Made by a program: the position numbers and the translations under genes
In this document: positions 25,785-37,395 of the stretch, in pieces
How the letters are laid out: every line of letters begins with the position of its first letter
Numbering within the stretch: the stretch's first letter is position 1
Source of the DNA: Marsupella aquatica
Taxonomy: Eukaryota; Plantae; Marchantiophyta
Length of the DNA: 64,000 nt
NCBI GenBank assembly: GCA_973895155.1
Contig: OZ316899.1
Coordinates: forward strand, 14,573,934-14,637,933
Reading direction: 5' to 3'
The notes under the pieces: model-generated
What the model was told of the DNA's origin: nothing
Database searches by the model: none
The model's input: only the letters and a program-made list of their open reading frames with translations

Positions 25785-26624
25785 TTACTCGGTACTGATC
25801 CGTGACTTGCAAAGATTCTCTGCAAAGTTCGCTTCGTGAGTAAAAAACACTACGCCGAACCTAGAGCCGGACGTTATCCTCGATATTGAGTGTTGCAGAA
25901 CGGCCGACCGCATAAACACCACATCTCCAGGTTGTAATACAAATTGTAAACCAAGTTGTGGCACTTCCAAACGTCCACCCTCAAAATCACCAAACGCTAC
26001 ATTTGCAACCCAACCATCCACAGGGTCATTTGTATCTCTGTGCGGACCAGGAGCAAGTTGTGTATTTATTGCCATCCCTAAGAAACAATTTCGGGAAGTG
26101 GAATGCATATAACCGGCTGCTCCAGGAGCGAAAGCATCAAACAGTGCCTTATATGTTTCGTACATGTCACTATCGATGCATTCAAAGAGCGCTCCAATCG
26201 CCTGTGTCACCGGCGTGAACTTGTTTATGAACTCTACGATCCAATTCAACTTCTTCCCGGATCCAATGATGTGCTGCAACAAAACCCCTGGGACATGTTT
26301 GTGACCGGTGCCATGCCAAAATGCCAGATGGTGTACACCCGAGCCAAGGGGATTAGCTTGTCCCTTGAATCTGCCATTTGCAGATGCAGGTTGATTTGGC
26401 GGGTACACCTCCACAAGCTCTTCAAGAGCTTCTAATCCTTCCAACGTAGGATCTCTATTTCGGAAAGGTCTTTGAAGGGCATGTTTCAAAAAATACAACA
26501 GCGGCTTATCATTCCAATCCTTAACGATAAGACTTTCGCTCAGCCACACAGGTAGATCAGCAGTAGGGAAGAGTAGATTCTTCTGCCTAACGAGCTCGTG
26601 GACATCGATGCAGATTCGTTTTAC
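25785..26624 (-). CDS. TET/JBP-like 2-oxoglutarate/Fe(II)-dependent dioxygenase (catalytic double-stranded beta-helix domain); 5' end unresolved
   Basis: 280 codons including the stop, with no internal stops. AINTQLAPGP-HRD-TND..GWVANVAFGDFEGGRLEVPQLGLQFVLQPGDVVFMRSAVLQ-H-SISRITSGS-R-FGVVFFTH supplies the HxD, distal H and 2OG-binding R. There is no ATG at the start of the open frame, so it needs an upstream exon or is the tail of a disrupted longer ORF. Confidence 0.8.
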   Translation of the reverse strand, partial: VKRICIDVHELVRQKNLLFPTADLPVWLSESLIVKDWNDKPLLYFLKHALQRPFRNRDPTLEGLEALEELVEVYPPNQPASANGRFKGQANPLGSGVHHLAFWHGTGHKHVPGVLLQHIIGSGKKLNWIVEFINKFTPVTQAIGALFECIDSDMYETYKALFDAFAPGAAGYMHSTSRNCFLGMAINTQLAPGPHRDTNDPVDGWVANVAFGDFEGGRLEVPQLGLQFVLQPGDVVFMRSAVLQHSISRITSGSRFGVVFFTHEANFAENLCKSRISTE

Positions 26625-26704
26625 CTAAACTTTCCCAACAAAAGCTTGAATTCCCTACAAAAACTAGGATGCTCCTCCCATTCATAAGTGGCCGATTTGC
26701 CGGG

Positions 26705-27415
26705 TCATCGTGAACCTAATAATCCTCCTCGCCACTCCTTCCCTGCTTCTGTGCACTTGCAACATTTCTGCATCTGACTGTCTGCTAGGGCCCGCAAGTA
26801 CTTGTTCCTCCGCTCCACTTCTTCTGCTTCTCCGACAAGTGCATCTGGCTTCCCATTCTGCCTGTCTTCCTTTGCCTTAGGTTCAGATTCATTTGCGATG
26901 CGCAAGGTCGCAAACTGCATCACTATGTCGCCATTCCGGCTCTCGACTTCCTCCAAGGCCGCAGTCCGTTGACTCATCAGAGCACGCAACTGGCTAGCGG
27001 CCCCCTTGGGAACATCCCTCGATTCTCCATTCCGGCTATTGACTTCCTCCAAGGCCGCGGTCCGCTGACTCCTCAGATCGTCCGACTGTCTAGCGGCCAC
27101 CTCGGGAACATCACTTGGTTCCCGCTCCGACGCCTCTCTTGTCGCCTGGTGATCCTTCGTCATTTCAGTGCACACATCCATTTGCTTTGTTGAAGCAGCC
27201 TTGCAAGCATCATCAACCCGAAACGCCAGCATATCACGTTGCTTCCGGACTGCACCCAACGCCTTATCCCCCCTGGCCACCTTCTCCTTAAGCAGCAGGT
27301 TCTCAGCTGCGTACTGTCCATTTAGGATGGCAAGCTCTGCCAACTTACGTTGCAACTCGTGCTTCATCTCCTCCGTGCCACGGACATCCCTCCCGTCGGC
27401 TTCCATCTTCCGCAA
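26705..27415 (-). CDS. Coiled-coil protein with an internal 32-aa tandem duplication; possibly the N-terminal part of the dioxygenase gene
   Basis: Heptad-like MKHELQRKLAELAILNGQYAAENLLLKEKV; DVP..AA.Q...L.SQRTAALEEV.SRNG occurs twice (96 bp duplication). Confidence 0.55.
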   Translation of the reverse strand: MRKMEADGRDVRGTEEMKHELQRKLAELAILNGQYAAENLLLKEKVARGDKALGAVRKQRDMLAFRVDDACKAASTKQMDVCTEMTKDHQATREASEREPSDVPEVAARQSDDLRSQRTAALEEVNSRNGESRDVPKGAASQLRALMSQRTAALEEVESRNGDIVMQFATLRIANESEPKAKEDRQNGKPDALVGEAEEVERRNKYLRALADSQMQKCCKCTEAGKEWRGGLLGSR

Positions 27416-27674
27416 TGGCTCACCCTAAACTTAGGCCCCTACAACACAACCTTCTCATTCTTTGCTACTTAATTTGTAGAATTTTTCCTTCCAGATCCAT
27501 GGTCCCATCTCCATATCTGAAGGGAGTATCCCAACGGCAGCCACGGACAAACTCATTATTGGTCCGTACTTCATCCCTCATCTGAGCACAACTCTTGGAT
27601 GGCTCCTACTCCATCCCATAAGGCCTGGTTAATGACCGGAAATGCCAAGTGGTGAAGCCTCTACTACAGTACTC

Positions 27675-27701
27675 CTACTACTACTACTACTACTACTACT
27701 A
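27675..27701. repeat. (CTA)9 microsatellite
   Basis: Directly visible; reads (TAG)9 on the minus strand. Confidence 0.95.
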
Positions 27702-28275
27702 GGGCATCTCAAACTTGGCGCCATCGAACATGGTCATGAGCACGCTGTCGCTCATCTTGTCGGCTCCATAAGCTTCTTCCCCCATTCCTACGGAGGGGTG
27801 CAAAATCCTTCAAGACATGCCTGCAAACCGTCCCCACGCTGGAACCGTCCAGGATAACATTGCAGGTAGCGCACAAGAGCAATGCCATGCCCTCGTACTT
27901 CACCACAGACAAATATGCTCGACTTAACACATCTGGGGTGTCCACAAATTCTGAGATTGTCGCCACCCGGGGACTTTCATTACTGGGAACCGAATCACCC
28001 GAATCACCTGCTGGGACCGATGCACGACTATGGGTTGTCCCTTGGATGTGTTCTTTGGCATAATGGTTCTGCAAGCAGTCCGGTCGACAGAAGCGAGACA
28101 AGCAAGAACGGTGAGGGCACGGCCAATCACGAGCTATGGATATGCGGACTAAAGATCTCGTGCCATCAGCCTCGACGACACTGCAAATCGATTGATGAAC
28201 TACTCTCCTATGAGCGGCTCTTTGAGAAATAGTAACAAACTCCATTCCAGGACACCCATCGCACCGGAACGTCAT
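27699..28275 (-). pseudogene. Triple zinc-finger protein with a probable 1-bp frameshift near 27803-27806
   Basis: FRCDGC..F..ISQRAAHRRVVH and WPCPHRSC..RF..PDCLQNHYAKEH are C2H2 fingers. The third finger LLLCATC..VCRHVLKD(L)H is completed only if one T is removed from GATTTTGCAC. Confidence 0.65.
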
Positions 28276-28381
28276 CGTAATGTCTGCTAGAGAATGAACA
28301 GGCTGGGTAGTTATATTTGGCCAAAAATATCATTCAGCTCCAATCGAGCATGATGATATAATTGCACCCACAACCACTTTT

Positions 28382-28620
28382 TCTCGGATGAGACAAAGGG
28401 GGGCTCCAGCTTGTCATCCGAGAGCAATGGTAGACGCCAACCATTCCCTTTACACCCCGACTAGCTTGTCATCCAAGAGCTATGCCACATGACCCTTTAT
28501 ACCCCAACTAGCTTGTCATCGGAGAGCTACGGCAGACTCAACCATAATTCCCTTCATACCCCCGACTAGCTTGTCATCCGGGAGCTATGACAGACTTAAC
28601 CATCCCCACTACTATACCCA
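28382..28620. repeat. Four direct repeats (core AGCTTGTCATC.gaGAGC, ~47-58 bp period) plus one inverted core
   Basis: Cores at about 28408, 28463, 28510 and 28568; TCTCGGATGAGACAA at 28382 is a near-inverse of TTGTCATCCGAGA. Confidence 0.9.
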
Positions 28621-29657
28621 AAAAACCCAAAAACATTTGTTACCCCTAATTTTGTTGGTCATCTCTGCCCCCAAATCCTCTGTATCCTTTCACTTGTGCC
28701 CTCACGGTGTACAGGCTTTACTAACTCAAGACAATAATAGGCCCGCAAGGTACTGTAGCTTTCGATCGGCGCTCATTGGTTTATTTTAGTTAACATGTCC
28801 TGCCCGGCCAAGTGAGACGCTTCATAACCATGCCTTGGACCTGGTGATGGCAAATGCAGCTTGAGCCTGAATTACATAACTGTGCCTGGCAGCTGGCGGC
28901 AGGACTAATCAATGCAACCTATCATTTATTACCCTTGTCAGAGTCATTTGCCCTTATTTGGAAAGACTATCCATCGCAATTCAATGGGCCGACGGCTGTA
29001 CCCGTGAGTGTCATCATAATAATAAGGACCATAAACCGGCCCCCACCGTTGTTAGTGCATACAACATTATTGTATCGCTACCGTAGGGGCAGTATTGTGA
29101 ACAACAACAACAATGCTACTACTGTTGCAAGAAATTCCTTTTTGCAAACTCTCAAATACCAGGCCCATGACCGAAGGGTAGTAGTAGTAGATGAAGTGTT
29201 AAAGTAAACTGTTGAAATATTCTACGCTCGATTACGCGGATGAAAGTCATGTTTCAGATATGACTGATGACATTTTTCAAGTATTGATTAAAAACCAGGA
29301 GTTATCTTGAAGTGAGTGATACATCATGATAAAGAATTCATCTAATATCTCTCTGCATCAAAAACATGTGTAAAACTCTTCCTTTAACAACTTGTTTTGT
29401 GGTTCTCTCAGGGCCGGGGCCAAATTGACTAATTAGAGAGCGACACCAAGTTTGGAACGCACATCTTTATTGTCCTCTTTCATCTTCCAATTTTGTATCT
29501 GACATGGTAATAATTCACAACCATGTAAACAATTAATTAAAACCATGTAAACCATGTAACGTTAGAAATACTGGGCAGCGGGCAGTCACGTACTGGGTTA
29601 ATAAAGGCTAATGGCATTCATTAGCCTCGATCTTGCCTTTCGTTCTTAGTAACAATC

Positions 29658-29819
29658 AGCACATAATAGGATGTCATCATGGATTACATTCTTGAAGGTA
29701 TCATGTACCCAAACTACCCTTGCCTATGCAAAAACTAAAACCTGGTTGGGCCCGTTGGGGGGACAGAGTGTAGGCCTTGTATTTTTGTGAGGAAAGTATG
29801 CAAAGAAAAGAGCTTGGAA
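29658..29819 (+). repeat. Dispersed ~150 bp repeat, copy 2
   Basis: Homologous to 16689-16835. Confidence 0.85.
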
Positions 29820-32084
29820 TCCACTTGCCATGATATTAGGATAATGATGAGAATTTTCTTTTACTAGTATGTATTAACAAATTGAATCTTCAAACTAAGT
29901 TGCCCAAGATCAAATTACAGATAGTTATAACTAATGGCTCAATCCAAGCCATCATTTTTCTTATGGTATAATCTTGTTATTGTAGATGAGCTTTGATGTC
30001 ATTCTTATAAATTTAATTTAATGCACATAAATTTAATACAAATTTACAACACTACTTTGAATGTACTTTGGCTATATAAAAGAATTGAGTTTGGACCCAC
30101 ATACTAGTTCAGCACCTTGGAAAGAGTGTCACAGGTGACCCATCTCTCACCCATAGGAAAACAGAAATTAAAAAAGAGAAAGAAGAAAAAAGAAGAAAAA
30201 AACAAACACATTGAAAGTGAGTTAGGAAAGAATAAAGATAGAGGGAGCCATTGATGATAGTATACTGTATAATTCTATACCTAACAAGAACTAACGAGTG
30301 TTTGTAGACGGTACCCAAATAGTATGCGCAGAATAGTATGCGGAGAAACTTAAAGTTCTACGGTAGTACAGTAGTTCAGCCAATGGTCAATAAGAATAAT
30401 TACTCCTCCAGTTGCACTCTGGCCTCCTTCTCCACTCTATGACTCTACAGAGTACATACTCTCCGTGGTTCAACGGGCCAACGGGTTTTTGTGCATCTCC
30501 AGAATCTCTATTCCGTGCATCATATACTGCCATTTCCCACCCTAAATCATAAATTCATGGGGTTCCGTGCAATTCGTACCCTAAACCCCAGGATAATAAT
30601 TATCCGAGTCAGCGCACCAGTCCGACTCCGCCTGGGTTGTTTTAGTATATACAAACATGCTATCATGGTTTTCGTATATTCCCACCCTGGTAACTTTGTT
30701 AAATTTAACTTCTTTATGTGAAACCCTGACGGATTTGTAAATACAAAGATAAAACCACGCGAGTATTATCAGTTTCACCATCTTCAGTGCCAAAGTAATT
30801 CAGAGTTGGTGTTTCTCATGTGGATGCATGAGAAACGAAAAAAGACAATCAAAACCAGGATGGAAGCTTCGAGTTGGTGAAGAACCGGCAAGCTTGAACG
30901 ACTTTTCATATCCAGGAGGTTCGAATGTGTGTTTCTAGCATTGCCGTGTGGTTATGTTGAATGTTGTTTTACATTGCAAGTAATAGTATTGTTGCTAGTT
31001 TTGAATTAATTAAGGGCGATTAAGGGCAACATTTAGGGTAACTAATTATTAACGCAGATAAGGTGTGACATTAACCTGGCCTGTCATCGAAAATGGGTTT
31101 GCACGGTCACAATAGGATGAACTGGAAATTAAGAACAAGTATCAAAGCACTTATGTCAACAATGGGAGTGTATTGTTGGACGGTAATGGACGAGCGTGGC
31201 TGGATTTAGGGTTTAGACCAAGAACTAGAATTTTTCAGAATCTTAAAATTAATCATGACTTTATATGCAAAATAATGCGCAACCTTCTTAACCCTAAACC
31301 CTAAACTTCAACTTACGTTTCCATGATACTAGATTATTCTTCGAATTTTTGTTGCAAATACCTATGATAGATAAATTATATTGGATTCATGTAAGAGAGC
31401 ATACCGAATTTCATTTCATTCTTTTTATGTGGGAAAAATTTAAGAACTACAGGGTAAAGATCATTCCTATGATCATTCGTTTACAGTAGTTTCAAATAGC
31501 AAATACAAGGTAAATAATATTTTATTGATGTCTTACGTGCATGATACTTGCAAAGTAATGCAAGTCTCATGCATAGTGATTTAGGGACATTGGCACATCT
31601 CAAATATGATTTTCTTGCCATTTTAGATTCTAGCGAGCGCTACCAAGTGTAGGACACTGGGAATATGAAAAACTGGCACATTGGGCACATGTAAACATGA
31701 TTTGCTTCCTTACAATAATCATTTTACTACAGAATAGTACTCGTGTAATTTAGTTGAGCCTCCGCGATAGACCCTCTCGGTCACGGGCCTGGTTGATGAC
31801 TTGATAATGTCCTTGTTCATGATTGATGAGGATCCCTTGCGATTCAATGGGCTGGCGCCTGTACTGCATATGGTTCATTAACGACATACTGAGCTAGTTG
31901 GCACCCACGGACCCACCATAACCAGTGGAATAGTGGATGCGTGATTCGGTGATTGTACACCTACCGTCGCGGAGAACAACTTACTGTGAACCTTTCAAGA
32001 CCTACTCTGAAATAGATGAATAGATGAATGTACAACACAATAATCCGGTAATTTTCCCTCTAAAACACTAGAATTATTGGAGGT

Positions 32085-32255
32085 TTATGCTTAATAAACC
32101 CCCTTTGGACTGTTTCTTGCTTAATCGACACCCTATGTTCCAATCTGCCCCAATCGACCCCCTATGTTCAAATCTGCCCCAACCGACCCCCTATGTTCAA
32201 ATCTGCCCCAATCGACCCCCCAAAGTATGTTTGTTACACAATCAACACCCTTTGA
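32085..32255. repeat. ~28 bp tandem repeat (AATCGACCCCCTATGTTCAAATCTGCCCC-like), resembling the internal repeats of plant MULE/MITE TIRs
   Basis: Three near-perfect units plus degenerate flanking units; a similar motif run lies at ~15075-15150. The MULE assignment is inference. Confidence 0.75.
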
Positions 32256-32499
32256 TAGTTTATGGTTCATGACATGATAAAGTGTATTGCAATTGCACTC
32301 TACCTGAACCTGTCCGTGGGTGCAAGCGACTTGACCAAACCGTCAAATGCTTCATTTAGAGTCGGTCTCGCCATGACGGGACGATCAAGGATTTCAAGAA
32401 TTGATGTGAAGACAAAATGTGTTATGTATTGAGATGTTCATTATTGAATTAGCCTCATATAACTTGGTCCAAATGTTCATTGTTTCACATTCTGTCACG

Positions 32500-33540
32500 A
32501 TGACTTCTGTTTGTCATGAGGTTTTGGGGGAATCTATTGTATTGAGGATGCATGATCCGTACCGAGGATCCCTCTCCTGCTCCTGAATCTTTCGTAAAGA
32601 ATTATCCCTCGCTCCTTGATTCAATATCAAGTGATTTTTCTTCTCACTATCTACTCCTTCAAAGCATCCACTGGCTGAGTGCGTTGGTGAAAAGCAATGT
32701 GAGCACCGAGGTTGCTTATCAATAGTATCGAACTCGATATAACCTTCTCGATCGTGTCACTAAGACGAAAGACAATAGTTGATGTCCACACTCGCGGTTT
32801 AGTTTCCACTAACACAATAAACCGGTGCTTATCAACCCCATTACACAGAAATCTTTGAGTCACTTTACCAATCTTCCGAATGAACAAAAGAAGTTGATTC
32901 GCTTTAGCAATTTGAAATGTAACCAACTATTTCAATGCAATCGGATTCACCACATCAAAATTGGGCGAGAAGGCCTTTACAACCACCTGCCTATCCTCAA
33001 TCAACGGGGCTTTTGCATTCAAGTTTGCCAGGTTAGCATGTTGGACTTTATTCTTGGCTATAATCATTCAGAGGTGAAGACAAGATCGATAAGAGCCTTA
33101 ACAGTATTAACTGAATTCTAGTCAATCACAGTTACCACAAATAGTGCATTCGCAGGCGGTTCAAAAATGTCCACCCTATGTATCAAGGCTGTTGGTTGTA
33201 TAAATCAATCCACTCCTCCGCTTGCCTGGCCTGATATTCACAACATCGGTACCCTCAAAACACCGGTACCCTCAAAACACCGGTACCCTCAAAACATAGA
33301 ACCACTTTATTCTGGTTGTTGTAGCTCTTCAAAAACCCCAGGTGCTACAGAGCCCTGAATAAACTCTGAATGTAACGGAGTGGTAGAGGTTGTCTCCAAC
33401 CGTTTGCTCCAATTCCCCCATTCCAACGTTCCTTCACCTCCTCTATCCACCCTTGATTAACGTCTTCCCGATTCGACTCACTGAAATTGAAGTAATAAGA
33501 AGGCTTGTGAACATGTGATGCTGTTGTAGTCTCCATCCAT
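32500..33540 (-). mobile_element. L1 LINE ORF1 (DUF4283-like) remnant
   Basis: APLIEDRQVVVKAFSPNFDVVNPIALK*LVTFQI....FIRKIGKV resembles the plant L1 ORF1 pattern; many stops. Boundaries approximate. Confidence 0.55.
33247..33298. repeat. 17 bp near-perfect tandem repeat x3
   Basis: CGGTACCCTCAAAACA(C/T) three times. Confidence 0.95.
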
Positions 33541-33998
33541 CTAAGTCCCGCGGTTTAAATCTTCTCCACATCATGCTATCCCAACTCCATCACTTCATCA
33601 GATGATGAACACCGCAAATCCTCCGAACCCCCAGACCTTCAAACGCATGAATTCAAACTCATACACAGACCAAACGCTCAAGAGCCAAAGCTGTCAACAA
33701 GAGTCAAAACAGGCACAATGTAATGTAAATCCATCCGAAGAAATGCTGAAGAAAAGTCTTCCCCAACGGATAGGATCCCCCAAATAAGCCCCGCCACATT
33801 CAAAAATGTGAAACAAAATTTTCACATCCGCAACACCGAACACAGGAACTACAGTAAAATACCAACAAAGAGCACTATTCCTGAAAACAGGGAAAAACAC
33901 TCAACCGTCCAGCTCTGCCAATAAAAAATCCGCCGAAATTGGCTCGTCAACAAGACCTTGTTCCACAATAATTATTTTGATGAGACGCTTTTATTTGG

Positions 33999-34681
33999 TT
34001 TAGGGTGTGTGAATCAGTTTGGGGTTTGAAAAGTGTCCCGAAAGTAGAAAATACGCCAGGAACAACCCCGGTGGATGCACGCCGAAGGACAGCCACTCAC
34101 ACGACAGTAGCGTAGAGAAAACCGGACAAAACATAAATAACACAAAAAATTGACAATCTGTGCTTCCCAGCAGTTCATTTCCTATCCCTATACTTCTGCG
34201 TCACACTTTCCGACAAGGTGGATTCGAACGTCGTGGGAGGATATGCATTCGGATCAATGTGTCCTACGAAAATCGGATACCAAACTGATAGTCCGGATGA
34301 CGTCGTTCAGTTTCTTTGGGGTACATATGTGATGTGATGAAATTTCTTCATGTCATCATTTGGGCATGGCAGTCATTGGGGAGGTAGCTCACACATTGTT
34401 TTTGGCAGATCCTAAACTGAAACACCTAACTCCAAACATGAAACTTCCGAACACATCGTGCATGCCATAAACTGTGCAAATGCTGGACTGGCCAATAACC
34501 TGGCCGATATCCTGTGATTGTGGACCGTTACAAAAAGATGGATTGCTCTCTGCTTTCATTCAATTTAGGGTGTGTGAATCACATCAGTTCTGAAGACTGT
34601 CCGAAAAGTAAAAAATGTGCCAGAAAAAACCCTGAAGGATGCGCCAGAGGGCAGCCACTCACACACAACAGTAGTGTAGAG
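33999..34681 (+). repeat. Pair of ~120 bp diverged direct repeats (33999-34117 and 34564-34681)
   Basis: TTTAGGGTGTGTGAATCA...AAAGTA.AAAAT..GCCAG...CAGCCACTCACAC..CAGTAG.GTAGAG in both. Confidence 0.85.
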
Positions 34682-34857
34682 CAAACATACGCTTCTATGA
34701 ACCAAGTACAGAGCTGAGCCCCGTCACTGGCGTCTTGGAGACAGTCTGTCTGTCGTCAAGTTCAGATTCTCCTAAGTTACCCTAAACCCAAAAGCGTGTG
34801 TTCAATCCTCGGACGACTTGTTGTCGGACTCGAAGAGATTACCGTAAACACCCAAAT

Positions 34858-35587
34858 TTACGTGCCCTGCCGCTCTAGCTCATGATTGGCTATGGTCGCT
34901 TTGGCCCTTCGCAATTCTGCCCGTACAGCCGCCAAACTCAACGCCGTCGGAAGATGGCTTGGAGGGGCTACTGCCTTACACTTCTGGCTCCTCCCCCCTG
35001 ATGCCGTCACAGGCTCGGAAGTCCTAAACTCCACCTCAGGAGGCTGGCCCACCGATGGTCCCACCGAAGTGGGTGTGGCCATGTTTTGTAGGTCGAGGAC
35101 GGATACAGTGGTGGTGGGTGTAGCCATCGCCGGGCTGCGGGATGGGAAATTGGTCCCTGGGGGGCTCAGAGCATCCGAGTCGGAGCTCATCCGTGTCTGA
35201 GCTCACCTCAGCTGTGTTCACCTCCGCAACCACACGGCACTGAGGTGCGGATGCTACAATCCGCGTCCAAGGTTCAGGCCCAAACCTCGGTCCCTGGGAG
35301 ATGGTGCTTGAACTCCTCGCCACTAATAATGGATTTGGGGTGGAGCAAAGCCCTCCATCGCAATAGAGGCTCCAATACCTCGCCTCTTGGGAGACGCCGT
35401 GAGCCTCCCTGATGCTTTGTGAGCCTCCCTGTTGGCTATCCCAATTAATTCTTTTGTCACGGCGCTCTTCTGCTGCTTGCAAGTTGAGTTTTGTGTTGAC
35501 CAGGCGGGGAATGTCATCGAAAGATTCCCGATGATGATGATTTGGTGGAGAATAGATGTGGAGGCGTGGAATGGGGGGAAGGTACAC
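34858..35587 (-). pseudogene. Fragmentary TE-accessory ORF (INW motif, Ser/Pro-rich linker, coiled-coil start)
   Basis: DKRINWD motif, then a low-complexity linker and LAAVRAELRRAKATIANHELE; layout similar to 37396-39771. Confidence 0.3.
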
Positions 35588-37395
35588 TTATTCACTTTGG
35601 CATGGTATTGTTGAGAAAAATGGGAGACATACATCTATTTTGGCATGACATGAATGCAAGGACATTAGTTCTCATTTTTGAATAGGTTAGAACAGTCAAG
35701 CATTGGAATGTACTCAAAAAGTCAGTGTCATCCTCAAAACTCAACCGGAACCCAAACATGGGGCTGGCCTGAAACTGTGATGGGACCCAAAAATGGGGAG
35801 ATCATTCCGGTGGGATGCGGGGGAAAATCCAGGTCCATATTTGAAAGACAAAGCAGGGAAGCGTCTCCCTGAATAAGTCAAGTGACGAAGATTTGCGACT
35901 ACTACTGCTGTAGATCATAGCCCATTAGCACTGGACGGCTGGACCCTGTTCGCGGTTTTTTAACTACTGACACGTACAGTGCGTAGTAAAGGGACGTCCA
36001 ACTGTGCAATAATGATAGCAACACAGCCGGAATCGGCACAGTAACTATGACTATTCCACATTATTATTAGCACGCCCAAGCTTGTCGTCTGGATTACGCG
36101 GGCTGGATTGCATTTCCCTGTCAACGTAAATGCACCGTGCTCATACACCCGCCACCGTCCACCCTGAACGGGACGTATACAGTGGGTACCCACTGTATAC
36201 CATAAAGTGACCAGGGGTATCCCATAAAGTGACCAGGGGTATCCCTTTTACAGGATATAAACGTTTAGCCGTTTAGGGTATGTGGGGAGACCTACATATA
36301 TACGGGAGACTTTGTATCCCATAAAGGCATAAACCCAGGTATTTTAGCTGTTCCTTAAGGAAGGAAACACTGATTAAACAGACTTTAGCAAGACCAAAAT
36401 GCATCGTGACCGTCCGTTCAGATCTGAAGTTGTAACTTGCACGGCGCATACCCCGAGGAAAAAAGCTTAAAGACCGTATGTATACATACAATCTATTTTT
36501 AATGAAATATAATCAAGGCCAAAAAGGCTAATGTGGCAGCAGCCTAAAGCACCTAAAAATGGAATATAACATTGACGACCTTAACGGACCTCTAACCTGT
36601 ATACCTGGGCTACTGGTAGAGGGAAAGAATGGGGCGCCTCAGATGCCGGGTTCAAAACTCGCCCCAAGCTTTTGAATACACATCCTCCCCAAAAGTGGGG
36701 TTCGGAGGACCCTCTGATTACACATATAGCTTTTTTTTGGTTCCAGCAGAATTTACACAGTGATCCCCAAAGAATGGGGTCCAGACGCCTCTAGTGACAC
36801 TTAGTACTTTTTTTGATTCCAGACGCGAACCGGCTGTAGAGGTTACAGGTCAATAATCACTTACTCCAAAGGAGCTACAGAACACGTTACTTGTACAAGT
36901 AAATTGGAAACCCTCATCCTCATCACCTGACATACTATTCATCCCCATCACACACGCACTGCACTCTATTCATCATAATATATTTGTCTAGTCATAACCA
37001 ACGCGCAAAATAACATCTCATTAATGTATGGCAAATGAAAACAAAGACTGAGGTTTTTATTTCCAAACCATATTCGAATCATAGAGGCAACGGGAAAATC
37101 GCCTGATTCTTGCGAGTACATACATCATTCTACAAAAAGAAGTGACCTACATGGTCGAGAAGTTGCACAATTACAAAAGTGTAGGACTCACTGGTATAGC
37201 ACTCTGACGTCCCACAAGGAGTATGTGTGGAAAGCGTGATCCGGAAGGACACACCGAGGAAAACTAAACTCTTGTAACTATGAGGAATGAACTACATAAG
37301 TACAGTACAGTCATATAAAACTACATGAAAATATGTCTGGATGCAAAAAAATGTTGAATGCGAGTAGAAACCAGAGCATGAAGATTGCCATGGAA

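Noticed and set aside
28382-28620. CRISPR array (repeat/spacer appearance)
   Set aside because: The spacers are homologous to one another, there are no cas genes and the context is eukaryotic; kept as a tandem/subterminal repeat.
22261-28804. GGCAGGAC / GTCCTGCC as TIRs enclosing the Harbinger remnant plus TET cassette (a Pack element)
   Set aside because: Only 8 bp, no TSD, and expected by chance over this distance.
30811-30836. Helitron 3' hairpin (GTTTCTCATG...CATGAGAAAC)
   Set aside because: No CTRR terminus at the expected distance and no Rep/helicase ORF.
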